DNA from: Psychrobacter cryohalolentis K5
GTDB lineage: Bacteria > Pseudomonadota > Gammaproteobacteria > Pseudomonadales > Moraxellaceae
Direction: 5' to 3'
DNA: 32,000 bases
NCBI RefSeq assembly: GCF_000013905.1
Contig: NC_007969.1
Coordinates: 1,470,001 to 1,502,000 of the forward strand
This document shows, piece by piece, positions 1 to 9,916 of this stretch. Position 1 is the stretch's first letter; each line of letters starts with the position of its first letter. The position numbers were made by a program, and so were the translations under genes. The notes under the pieces were generated by a model that saw nothing but the letters and a program-made list of their open reading frames with translations, did no database searches and had not been told where the DNA came from.

Positions 1-1965
1 GATATACATCTCTACCATACCCGCATCTAGCGGACCGGGACGATAGAGCGCACACATGGCGATAACGTCTTCAATGTTGGTTGGCTGCAATTTTGCCAGA
101 TACTTTTTCATGCCCATACTTTCGAGCTGAAAGACGGCAGTGGTTTTGGCATCTTGTAGTAACTTATAGGCTTTAGCATCATCTAACGGTAGGTCTTCTA
201 ACACCAACGCATCTTTGCCTTCTTTAGCACGGCGCAGGTTAATATTTCTGACAGCAGCATCAATCACGGTCAAGTTACGTAGACCCAAAAAGTCGAACTT
301 TACCAGCCCAACGGCTTCAACGTCATCTTTATCAAACTGACTGACGCGGTGACCTTCATCATCACAATAAATGGCGCTAAAATCCGTGATTCTGTGCGGT
401 GCAATCAATACGCCGCCGGCATGTTTACCCACGTTCCGGCAAATGCCTTCAAGCTTGATAGCCATCTCCCATACTTCGATGGCATCTTCATAATCCATAT
501 TATCAGGATTGGAAATTAAGTCTTTGAGTTGTGGCTCTTGCTCAAGCGCTTGACTGAGTGTGATCCCCGGTGTTTTGGGAATAAGTTTAGACATTTTGCT
601 GGCAAGGAAGTAAGATTTACTTTGCGCGCGTGCGACATCTCGTACGACTGCTTTTGCTGCCATGGTACCAAAAGTGATAATCTGTGAAACCGCTTCACGA
701 CCATAGGTTTGCGCCACATAATCAATAACGCGGTCGCGACCTTCGATACAAAAGTCAATATCGAAATCGGGCATGGACACACGCTCAGGGTTTAAAAAGC
801 GCTCAAATAGTAGATCGTAATGAATAGGGTCAAGGTCGGTAATATTGAGCGCATAAGCGACTAGTGAGCCAGCACCAGAACCACGACCGGGTCCAACGGG
901 TACGCCATTGGCTTTTGCCCAACGAATAAAGTCCATCACGATCAGGAAGTAACCGGGGAATCCCATTGATAAGATAACCTTGAGCTCATACTCTAAGCGG
1001 TCATCGTATCTTTGGCGTATATCACTCCAATTATCACTGCGCGCGTCAACTGGAAAGAGCTTGTCTAAACGATTGTCAAGCCCACGCTGCGATTCTAAGC
1101 GAAAGAAAGATTCAGTGGTTTCGCCCTCAGGTACTGGAAACTCTGGTAGTACGTTAATACCTAGCGTTAAGCTCACATTACAGCGCGTTGCTAAGCGCAA
1201 GGTATTATCAATCACCTGCGGAATATCAGCAAATAGTTGTTCCATCTGCGCTTGGGTTTTCAGGTACTGGGCATCGGAATAAGTTTGCGGACGATTTTGG
1301 TCAGCAAGGACATAAGAGCCAGCAATACAAACCCGCGCTTCATGAGCATCAAAATCATCTTGTTCTAAAAATCGCACGTCATTGTGGGCAATGATAGGAA
1401 TATGATGCTTAGCACCTGAATGAATAGCAGCTTTAATAAAGGCATCTTCGCCAGTACGATTGGTGCGTTTAATCGCAAAATATAAGCGATCAGCAAACTG
1501 CGCTTGCCATTCTGTCAGTAGCTCATCGGCTTTTTCTGGCATTGAGCCAATCAATGCTTGCCCAACGTCTGACTTTTCAGTGAATAAGACAATGACACCT
1601 GCCGCATGCGCTAAAATATGGCTGCGTTTAATAACAGGAGTACCGTGATTAACAGGATCAGCACGTCCTTCGGTAAAGCCAAGCGATACGATACGAGTGA
1701 TGTTTTGATAGCCTTCGTTGTTCATCGCCAATAAAGTTAAGCGCGTGTCTTCATTCTCCATGATGACTTCGCTGCCGATAATGGGCTTGATACCTGCACC
1801 TAAGCAGGCACGATAGAATTTCACCGTTGCATACAGGTTGGATAGATCCGTCAAGGCAAGGGCGCTTTGATTGTCTGCCGCCGCCGCTTTAACCAACGGC
1901 TTAATACGCACGATAGAATCGGTAATGGAATATTCGCTGTGGATGCCAAGGTGTACAAATGCCAT
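1..1965 (-). CDS. dnaE: DNA polymerase III alpha subunit, N-terminal 655 codons; the gene runs off the left edge of the window
   Basis: Absent from the ORF track because it has no in-window stop. Manual reverse-complement translation from the ATG at 1965..1963 is uninterrupted to position 1 (1965 nt, exactly 655 codons). It reads MAFVHLGIHSEYSITDSIVRIKPLV (PHP domain), then FPGYFLIVMDFIRWAKANGVPVGPGRGSGAGSLVAYALNITDLDPI, ERFLNPERVSMPDFDIDF, GKHAGGVLIAP and FDFLGLRNLTVI, all typical DnaE motifs. The small ORFs listed at 516-1648 are out-of-frame or antisense shadows. Confidence 0.95.
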   Translation of the reverse strand, partial: MAFVHLGIHSEYSITDSIVRIKPLVKAAAADNQSALALTDLSNLYATVKFYRACLGAGIKPIIGSEVIMENEDTRLTLLAMNNEGYQNITRIVSLGFTEGRADPVNHGTPVIKRSHILAHAAGVIVLFTEKSDVGQALIGSMPEKADELLTEWQAQFADRLYFAIKRTNRTGEDAFIKAAIHSGAKHHIPIIAHNDVRFLEQDDFDAHEARVCIAGSYVLADQNRPQTYSDAQYLKTQAQMEQLFADIPQVIDNTLRLATRCNVSLTLGINVLPEFPVPEGETTESFFRLESQRGLDNRLDKLFPVDARSDNWSDIRQRYDDRLEYELKVILSMGFPGYFLIVMDFIRWAKANGVPVGPGRGSGAGSLVAYALNITDLDPIHYDLLFERFLNPERVSMPDFDIDFCIEGRDRVIDYVAQTYGREAVSQIITFGTMAAKAVVRDVARAQSKSYFLASKMSKLIPKTPGITLSQALEQEPQLKDLISNPDNMDYEDAIEVWEMAIKLEGICRNVGKHAGGVLIAPHRITDFSAIYCDDEGHRVSQFDKDDVEAVGLVKFDFLGLRNLTVIDAAVRNINLRRAKEGKDALVLEDLPLDDAKAYKLLQDAKTTAVFQLESMGMKKYLAKLQPTNIEDVIAMCALYRPGPLDAGMVEMYI

Positions 1966-2225
1966 AGAAGACTCTTACGGATGCAAACAAAAGGAAATGG
2001 TACGAGTTAGTGTCAGAGATAAATTAAGAAAGACCGCTAGTGATTTATTATATAAAACTTATTATATCAATATCTTATAATGTATTTTTAATAACTTAGT
2101 ATGCAGATAACTTTGCTATATAAGCTTTGTCTTAGCCGCTAATAATAGCATTGTTTGCTACATACAGCCACTCATTCGGAGTTATCAAATAGCATAGTGT
2201 GTTATTGATAATGGGCCTAATAATA

Positions 2226-2262
2226 GAAAAAAGCCTTCTACATCATTATGATATAGGAGGCT
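2226..2262 (-). terminator. Rho-independent terminator after the AGCS gene, separating the hyp cluster from dnaE
   Basis: The minus strand reads AAGCCTCCTA-(17 nt loop)-TAGAAGGCTT followed by TTTTTT. The stem is 10 bp with one mismatch and lies about 35 nt downstream of the stop at 2298. Confidence 0.6.
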
Positions 2263-2297
2263 TATATGGGGGAAAATTACGATTATTTAGCTAGAAT

Positions 2298-3746
2298 TTA
2301 ACGCTTATGATGTCTATCACTATATTCTATCCAAAAGTCTGCATTTTCAACGCCTGCTTTTCTAGGGTCAAAGACAGGGTCAAGTCCCAGCTTCATTTGC
2401 TCATCGTAGTCTTTTAACACTTTTAGCGCCGTTTTACTGAGTAATACGATAGCGATGAAGTTAAGGTAACACATGCTGCCAAAACCAATATCACCTAGCG
2501 CCCACATCACGCCAACAGACTGCATGCTACCGGTAAAGCAAACTATTAAGAATAATATTTTTAATAATGGTTTTAAAACAGGGTAGCGCAATTTATTGTC
2601 TAAGTATACTAGCGTGGTCTCAGCAATATAGTAATAAGCAATCAAGCAAGTAAAGGCAAACAAGAAGATGGCGATAGCGACAAAGCCACTTCCATATTGG
2701 CTAAACACTGTCGATACAGCTGCTTGGGTAAATGCGGTTCCAGCTTCAATGCCTGGCATGTTTTCGACTAGTACCAAGCCTTCTGCTGGAATGACGTTAT
2801 ACATACCAGTAGATAAAATCATCAATGCAGTAGCGGTACAGACAACAACCGTATCGATATAGATAGAAAAACTCTGTACTAAGCCTTGCTTGGCAGGATG
2901 AGAAACCTCTGCAGCTGCTGAGCTGAAAGTTGCTTCGCCTGCACCAGCAACGTTAGAGAATACCGCACGGCGGACACCCCAAGATATGGCTAGACCGACG
3001 ATACCGCCAAATACAGCATCCATACCAAACGCGCTTTTGAAAATCAAGGCGAACATAGCAGGTAGGTTTGAGGCATTAAAGGCTAAGACGATAACCATCA
3101 TCAAAACATAGCCGATCGCCATAATAGGCACGACCTTGCCAGCGAAGCTTGCAATACGTTTTATGCCACCAAATATGATAAATGCTAACAGCGCAACGAT
3201 AATGAAACCAGTTGCAACAGGTGGGATGTTAAAAGCGGTATTAAAAGAATCAGCGATGGTGTTGGCCTGTACGCCAGGCACCAAAACACCATAAGAAAGA
3301 CAAGTCACCGTAGCTACTAAAATAGCAAAGGGTTTCATCTTTAGGCCACGCTCGATATAAAAGGGTGAGCCGCCACGATACTGGTCATCAACGGTATGCT
3401 TATATACCTGTGCAAGTGTTGACTCGATAAAGGCACTGGCACCGCCAAGCAGACCCATAACTATCATCCAAAATACTGCGCCAGGTCCACCAGCTGCGAT
3501 TGCGGTGGCAACCCCTGCAATGTTACCGACGCCGATTCGGCCTGATAAGGCCATACTAAAGGCTTGGAATGAGCTAATACCTTGGGTTGAGGTTTGCTTG
3601 TCAAACAACAGCCTAACCATCTCTTTAAGATAGCGAAACTGTACGCCGCGGGTCATCACGGTAAAATAAATGCCGACACCGAGTGCCAAATAAACTAACG
3701 CATCGCTCCATATATAGCCGACGATGGTATTAATAATCGCTTCCAT
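2298..3746 (-). CDS. Alanine/glycine:cation symporter (AGCS) family transporter; by context a candidate hydroxyproline importer
   Basis: 482-aa polytopic membrane protein. The N-terminus MEAIINTIVGYIWSDALVYLALGVGIYFTVMTRGVQFRYL and the motif GRIGVGNIAGVATAIAAGGPGAVFWM are characteristic of sodium:alanine symporter family proteins. An SD-like GGGAAG/AAGG lies upstream of the ATG. It is the last gene of the co-directional hyp cluster. Confidence 0.88.
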   Translation of the reverse strand: MEAIINTIVGYIWSDALVYLALGVGIYFTVMTRGVQFRYLKEMVRLLFDKQTSTQGISSFQAFSMALSGRIGVGNIAGVATAIAAGGPGAVFWMIVMGLLGGASAFIESTLAQVYKHTVDDQYRGGSPFYIERGLKMKPFAILVATVTCLSYGVLVPGVQANTIADSFNTAFNIPPVATGFIIVALLAFIIFGGIKRIASFAGKVVPIMAIGYVLMMVIVLAFNASNLPAMFALIFKSAFGMDAVFGGIVGLAISWGVRRAVFSNVAGAGEATFSSAAAEVSHPAKQGLVQSFSIYIDTVVVCTATALMILSTGMYNVIPAEGLVLVENMPGIEAGTAFTQAAVSTVFSQYGSGFVAIAIFLFAFTCLIAYYYIAETTLVYLDNKLRYPVLKPLLKILFLIVCFTGSMQSVGVMWALGDIGFGSMCYLNFIAIVLLSKTALKVLKDYDEQMKLGLDPVFDPRKAGVENADFWIEYSDRHHKR

Positions 3747-3835
3747 GGCCTTACTTCCCTGTAAGTATGTGACTAAAGGCTTAAATCATTTAAGCTGTTG
3801 TTTTAATTGATGACTGTACTGACTGAATACGTTTG

Positions 3836-5332
3836 TTAATTAACCAGCCAAATGGTTTTGGTCTGTGCGTATTGTGCTAAGGCTTCTAAACCATTGTCAC
3901 GACCGCCAAACCCTGATTGCTTATAACCGCCAAATGGCGTGGTGATATCACCTTCTGAAAAGCCATTAATAGAGACCGTGCCTGCTTTGATAGACGATGC
4001 CACACGATAAGCGCGCTTGATGTTCTGTGTATAAAAAGACGCCGCAAGTCCATAATTGGTTTCATTGGCTAATTTGATGGCTTCTTCTTCCGTCTCAAAA
4101 CTGGTGACGGCAAGTAGAGGGCCAAAGACTTCTTCTTTGAATAAAGTCATGTCAGCGCTGACATGATCAAAAATAGTCGGCTCGATATACCAGCCACTGC
4201 CTAAATCTTCACGAATGTTGCCACCTGCAACGATCGTTGCACCTTCCTCTTTTGCGGTCTTAAGATAATGACAAACCTTGTCAAAATGCGCTTTTTCAAT
4301 CATAGGACCAATGGCGGTATCAGGGTCGTAAGGTGAGCCGACCTTCCAACCTTTCAGACCATTTTTTAGTTGCTCAAGTAACGCTTGTTTTTGACTGCTG
4401 TGAACTAATAAGCGTGAGCCGCAGCTACAGTTTTCACTCATATTCCAAAACGCGGCTGATAAGATATCGTTAATCGCAGCGTCATCGAGTACGGCATCAT
4501 CAAAGACGATTTGTGGGCTTTTACCACCGCATTCTAAGACGATTTCTTTTAGATTGCTTTGTGCCGAATACTGTAAGAACAAACGTCCAACCTCAGTCGA
4601 GCCAGTGAATGACACCATATCGACATCCATATGCTGACCGAGTGCGGCACCGACATTTTCACCAAGGCCACAGACCATTTGCAGCGCTTCTCTGGGCACG
4701 CCAGCTTCATAGGCAAGCTCAGTTAAACGATAGGCAGATAAAGAGGTCAGCTCAGCAGGTTTAACAATAACGGAGTTGCCCATAGCAAGAGCAGGGGCGA
4801 CTTTCCAAGCGTACATTTGGGCTGGAAAGTTCCAAGGTAATACTGCACCCACGACACCAATGGGCTCTTGCACGATAAGTCCTAAAGCTGCGCTACCTGT
4901 CGGCGCGACTTTGCCAAATACCTTATCAGCGGCCTCGGCATACCATTCAAAAGTCTCGATAGTTGCTGGGATATCGGTATTTAAGCATTCAGTAATCGGC
5001 TTACCCGCATCCACACAATCTAATGCTGCCAGCTCCTCGACGTGCTCATGCATGAGTGCACACCAGCGCTGCATAATAGCCTTGCGCTCAGCAGGAGCCA
5101 GACGACGCCATTCACCGTTTTCAAAAGCATCGCGAGCGACTTGCACGGCAGTATCGACATCATCGCTATTACCTGAGGCAATCTGACCGATAATACTGTT
5201 ATCAATCGGCGTGTAATTGTCCAAAGTCGCTTCTGATAAATGGTCAGCCGCTATTAAGTGACCAGCCCATAGTTGCTGCTGCTTTGCTTTCTCAAATATT
5301 TGCTCTTTAGTGGCTTGTTGTTTAGTGCTCAT
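3836..5332 (-). CDS. NAD(P)+-dependent aldehyde dehydrogenase; by context alpha-ketoglutarate semialdehyde dehydrogenase (LhpG-like)
   Basis: 498 aa with ALDH superfamily motifs: WNFPAQM, SFTGSTEVG, LECGGKSP, the catalytic-Cys region ENCSCGSR, and EEVFGP. An AAGGAT SD lies 7 nt upstream of the ATG. The specific substrate is inferred only from the neighbouring hydroxyproline genes. Confidence 0.8.
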   Translation of the reverse strand: MSTKQQATKEQIFEKAKQQQLWAGHLIAADHLSEATLDNYTPIDNSIIGQIASGNSDDVDTAVQVARDAFENGEWRRLAPAERKAIMQRWCALMHEHVEELAALDCVDAGKPITECLNTDIPATIETFEWYAEAADKVFGKVAPTGSAALGLIVQEPIGVVGAVLPWNFPAQMYAWKVAPALAMGNSVIVKPAELTSLSAYRLTELAYEAGVPREALQMVCGLGENVGAALGQHMDVDMVSFTGSTEVGRLFLQYSAQSNLKEIVLECGGKSPQIVFDDAVLDDAAINDILSAAFWNMSENCSCGSRLLVHSSQKQALLEQLKNGLKGWKVGSPYDPDTAIGPMIEKAHFDKVCHYLKTAKEEGATIVAGGNIREDLGSGWYIEPTIFDHVSADMTLFKEEVFGPLLAVTSFETEEEAIKLANETNYGLAASFYTQNIKRAYRVASSIKAGTVSINGFSEGDITTPFGGYKQSGFGGRDNGLEALAQYAQTKTIWLVN

Positions 5333-5443
5333 TTTTCTAATCCTTATCTGCTAAGTTTGATGCCATTGATTCGAGATTTGAATACGGCATCAAATTTAGC
5401 ATTGGTTATCCTTAACATTGTTTTTACTAAGCTGAGCTGAGTG

Positions 5444-6325
5444 CTATTTAGCCAATAATGCTAAAAACTCTGCTTTTTCGTCTGCTGGCATATCAGTTAA
5501 TGGCACACGCACTGAGCCAACATCCATGCTGCCTTTTAAGCAGCCCGCTTTGGCTTTCTGGTTGTAGTTGCCAGATTCCATAGAATGAATAGCAGGATAA
5601 ATCTCGCTCATAATTTGCTTGGCTTTATCCCAGTCCCCTTGCTGAGTGGCATTAAATAATGAAACTTGCTCTGCTGGGAAAACGTTGGCTGCGCCTGCAA
5701 TCCAGCTTTTTGCACCCCAAAAGAAGAAATCAACCGGCTGATCATCACAGCCACAAACCACCTCAAAGTCATCAAAATTAGCTTGCAGCATGCGTAGCGC
5801 ATGACTAAAGTCGCCGCTGCTTTCTTTTACGCCGACGATGTTAGGGTGCTTAGCTAGATGAGCGACGGTGTCAAATTCAATGGCAACGCCAACACGAGCA
5901 GGGAAGTTGTACATAATAATCGGCAGCTCACTAGCATCCGCGACTTTTTCGAAGTGAGCGATGATGCCATCTTGCTCAGGTAAGCTATAAGGGGTGGCAG
6001 ACAGCATCAGGCCGTCATAACCTAAGGCTTTGGCTTGTGCGGCAAGCTCAATAGAGTGGTCAGTCGATAAGCTGTTGATACCAGCAATCAGAGTGACTTT
6101 ATTCTCAGCGCCTTTATTTTTTGCGGCTTCAGCGATAGTGGTTAATACCAGCTCGCGCTCCGCTGCCGAAAACGTATAGTATTCCCCTGTGGTACCGCAA
6201 GCGACGATACCGGCTACGCCTTTGTCGATAAAGGCTTCGACCAGTGTCGTTAATTTTTGCGCATCAACGTCGCCGTTATTGTCAAAAGGGGTGACGATTG
6301 GGACTAAAATTCCATTTATGTTCAT
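5444..6325 (-). CDS. Dihydrodipicolinate synthase/N-acetylneuraminate lyase family protein; by context delta1-pyrroline-4-hydroxy-2-carboxylate deaminase (LhpC-like)
   Basis: 293 aa of the DapA-like class I aldolase fold. It has GIVACGTTGEYYT and the Schiff-base lysine context VGVKESSG. An AAGGA SD precedes the ATG. The function is inferred from its position between the FAD dehydrogenase and the ALDH. Confidence 0.8.
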   Translation of the reverse strand: MNINGILVPIVTPFDNNGDVDAQKLTTLVEAFIDKGVAGIVACGTTGEYYTFSAAERELVLTTIAEAAKNKGAENKVTLIAGINSLSTDHSIELAAQAKALGYDGLMLSATPYSLPEQDGIIAHFEKVADASELPIIMYNFPARVGVAIEFDTVAHLAKHPNIVGVKESSGDFSHALRMLQANFDDFEVVCGCDDQPVDFFFWGAKSWIAGAANVFPAEQVSLFNATQQGDWDKAKQIMSEIYPAIHSMESGNYNQKAKAGCLKGSMDVGSVRVPLTDMPADEKAEFLALLAK

Positions 6326-6429
6326 GAGACTATCCTTATTGGGGTTGATATTGTTGGTGATTTAACGGGTGATGATTCAATGCTGAATCGGTTGGTTTTT
6401 GCTTAGTTCATAAACGTTTAATAAGATGC

Positions 6430-7677
6430 TTATTTAAAGCGGGCAAGTTGATACGGTTTTGGATCGATAGTGTGGTCTTCATCAAAATAGTAGTTGGCAA
6501 TCATTTGCGCACTAACGACAGCTTGCGTTAAGCCTAAATGCTGATGACCAAAGCTTAAAAATACGCGCTCGATTTTGTCGATGACTGGCAAAGAGTCTGC
6601 AGTTGATGGTCGAAACCCCATCCATGACACGCTATCGCTAGCATCTAACGGCGCTTTTAATATAGGCTGCGCTTGTTGTAATAGCATATGTGCACGCTGC
6701 ATATTGGCAGGCGCGTCCAGTCCTGCGTACTCCACCGTACCCGCCAAACGTAGGCCGTCTTGCATCGGTGTCATAATAAAACGGCGATCCATGCTTGATA
6801 CCGGTATCTGTAAGCGCGTACTTTCATGCGGTAGCATTAAGTGATAACCGCGTTCGGTATCTAGCGGTACATTCACGCCTGTTAGCTGCTTGGCCAATGC
6901 CTTAGAGTGGGCGCCTGCTGCTAGCATCACTTTAGACGCTGTCATATCACCTTGACTGGTTGTTAGATGAATGCCATCTGTATCATTGGTCGCTGCAAGG
7001 ACATGGCAATGTTCAATGACATGACCGCCTAATTGTCTAAAGATATGGTGAAGCTGATTAATGACGGCTTTTAAATTGGTGATATGTCCTGTATTTGGGA
7101 AAAATAACGCCGCTAACTGGTTATCTTGTAAAGCAGGTTCACGCTCTAATAGCGCTTCTCTGGTCAATAGCTCATTAGCCACACCAATATCGTTAAGTCG
7201 ACTGCCATGTGTTATGAGAAAATCGACGCTACTTGTCTTTTCGACCGTCAATAATGAACCTTTTACTTGCACCCATTCTTCCAATTGCCATTGATTGGCA
7301 AAACCTTGCCAGGCTTGCAGGCTATTTTTATTTAAGCTTAACAACGCTTGATGAATCCGCTCAAATGGCTCAGGGCGCATATTCATTAGCAACTGCATTG
7401 CCCAAGGCATCAAACGCGGCAGATAGCGCCAGTCTATGCGTAGCGGTCCAGTCGGATTCAATAGCATGGCGGGTACATGACGGAGCATGCTCGCATCAGC
7501 AATGGGGAATACTTGCTCGGTAGCGATATGACCAGCGTTACCTAATGATGCGCCTTGACCCACTTCATTGGCGTCTAGCAGTGCGACCTTGACGCCTCGT
7601 GCTTGCAACGTCACTGCCGTTGCTAGGCCGATAATACCGCCGCCAATAATATGTAAGTCGAAGTTTGAGATCGTCAT
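6430..7677 (-). CDS. FAD-dependent oxidoreductase (DAO family); by context D-hydroxyproline dehydrogenase (LhpB-like, single-subunit type)
   Basis: 415 aa. The N-terminal dinucleotide-binding fold is DLHIIGGGIIGLATAVTLQARG, and overall it resembles D-amino-acid dehydrogenases. No small LhpE/F-type subunit genes are present in the cluster. Confidence 0.8.
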   Translation of the reverse strand: MTISNFDLHIIGGGIIGLATAVTLQARGVKVALLDANEVGQGASLGNAGHIATEQVFPIADASMLRHVPAMLLNPTGPLRIDWRYLPRLMPWAMQLLMNMRPEPFERIHQALLSLNKNSLQAWQGFANQWQLEEWVQVKGSLLTVEKTSSVDFLITHGSRLNDIGVANELLTREALLEREPALQDNQLAALFFPNTGHITNLKAVINQLHHIFRQLGGHVIEHCHVLAATNDTDGIHLTTSQGDMTASKVMLAAGAHSKALAKQLTGVNVPLDTERGYHLMLPHESTRLQIPVSSMDRRFIMTPMQDGLRLAGTVEYAGLDAPANMQRAHMLLQQAQPILKAPLDASDSVSWMGFRPSTADSLPVIDKIERVFLSFGHQHLGLTQAVVSAQMIANYYFDEDHTIDPKPYQLARFK

Positions 7678-7774
7678 GGTTTTTCTCGATTACGTTCGGT
7701 CGATGAAGTAGTTTTAAGAGTGTTCATGCGTTTATCAATAAACCTGTCATTGCATAAATAATGCTGCGATTTTA

Positions 7775-8788
<1,014 letters not shown>

Positions 8789-9102
8789 TCATCCGTGAAA
8801 AAGTAACATTCCATTGTTGTTTGCTAGACCTTGTCAAAACCATCCTGTTAACGCGGTCTGTATATAGAATGAACTTTTTTAGATACAGCGTCTTGCTGTT
8901 TTCTGATGAAAAAATGCGCATTCCTGCACAGTGGCTCGGTGTACACTAGAGGCTATAATGATGGTTTTTAATGAGAAAAATCCATCGTGAGATAGCTTCT
9001 GATTAAGTAGTGTTTTGATAGAGATTTACTATCTTTAGCAAGGGACGAGCAAATAGTATTGCTTGTTAATGACTGGGATTGAGATGGCAGGGATGACATA
9101 GG

Positions 9103-9906
9103 ATGATGGATGTAATAGAAGAGACGGGGCTTGTCGGTTTTACTGCCTCGTTGCGGCAGAGCATGGCTACTTATTATTCAGAAAGTAGTGAGGCATTTAT
9201 TGGTAATGTCTCATTATTACTGCCTCTACTTGATACTTTAAAGAATGTGGTGTTTTTTGTGAAAGATGAGCAGGCGCGCTACCAGCTGGCAAACAAAACA
9301 TTGTTAAAGCGTTGTAAGTTAAGTCAGCATAGTGACATCGTAGGTTTTACCACTGAGCAGGTGTTTTCTCATCAGCAGAGTAAGGATTATATCTTGCAGG
9401 ATATGAAAGTGTTGCGAGATGGGAAGTCAATCGTTGATAATTTAGAGCTACACAGTTATGCATCTGGTCAGTTAGGCTGGTGTATTACCAATAAACTGCC
9501 TATCTATAATGACAATCAACAAGTGGTCGCGATGGTTGGGATATCCGTCGATATTGATGAGGATAACGAACGCATTTTACGTAAACACGCGAGACTGGCT
9601 GACGTAGCACAGTTCGTACGCGGTAATCTGGATCAGAAAATCAATATAGCAGAACTGGCGGAGCTGTCACATTTTAGCTTATCGCAGTTAGAGCGCACCT
9701 TTAAAGCAGTGCTAAATATGTCGCCTTTACAGTTTGTACAAAAGCTGAGATTAGAATATGCGGTTAAGCTATTAGCCATGCCTGAGATGTCAGTCACTCA
9801 AATATCGTTGAACTGCGGCTATAGCGATCATAGTGCCTTTAGCCGCCAGTTCAAACAGTTTACGGGCTTGTCACCCAGCCAATTTCGCCAAACGCATTTA
9901 TCATGA
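9103..9906 (+). CDS. AraC-family transcriptional regulator with an N-terminal PAS-like sensor domain; likely regulator of the divergent hyp cluster
   Basis: 267 aa. The C-terminal double HTH has an AraC signature (INIAELAELSHFSLSQLERTFKAV ... LNCGYSDHSAFSRQFKQFTGLSPSQFR). The N-terminal ~150 aa has a PAS-like pattern (VFFVKDEQARYQLANKTLL ... VVAMVGISVDI). It is divergently transcribed from the epimerase gene across a 320-bp intergenic region. Confidence 0.85.
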   Translation: MMDVIEETGLVGFTASLRQSMATYYSESSEAFIGNVSLLLPLLDTLKNVVFFVKDEQARYQLANKTLLKRCKLSQHSDIVGFTTEQVFSHQQSKDYILQDMKVLRDGKSIVDNLELHSYASGQLGWCITNKLPIYNDNQQVVAMVGISVDIDEDNERILRKHARLADVAQFVRGNLDQKINIAELAELSHFSLSQLERTFKAVLNMSPLQFVQKLRLEYAVKLLAMPEMSVTQISLNCGYSDHSAFSRQFKQFTGLSPSQFRQTHLS

Positions 9907-9916
9907 AAAAGTTAAA

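Noticed and set aside
516-2080. Small ORFs in the track at 516-782 (-), 980-1282 (+), 1188-1394 (+), 1460-1648 (+) and 1871-2080 (+)
   Set aside because: All of them lie inside, or overlap the start of, the unlisted dnaE reading frame (minus strand, 1-1965), and they are out of frame or antisense to it. The dnaE frame is continuous and highly conserved.
3747-3835. A glycine or other riboswitch upstream of the AGCS transporter gene
   Set aside because: The spacer is only 89 nt, and I could not see the paired conserved helices or core of a glycine riboswitch. The gene is more simply explained as the distal operon member.
4776-7523. Antisense or overlapping ORFs within the hyp enzymes (4776-5186 +, 5020-5205 -, 5608-5802 -, 6575-6844 +, 7061-7294 +, 7233-7523 +)
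   Set aside because: Each lies wholly inside a longer ORF with clear family motifs. None has an SD sequence and all give compositionally odd translations, as expected for frame shadows.
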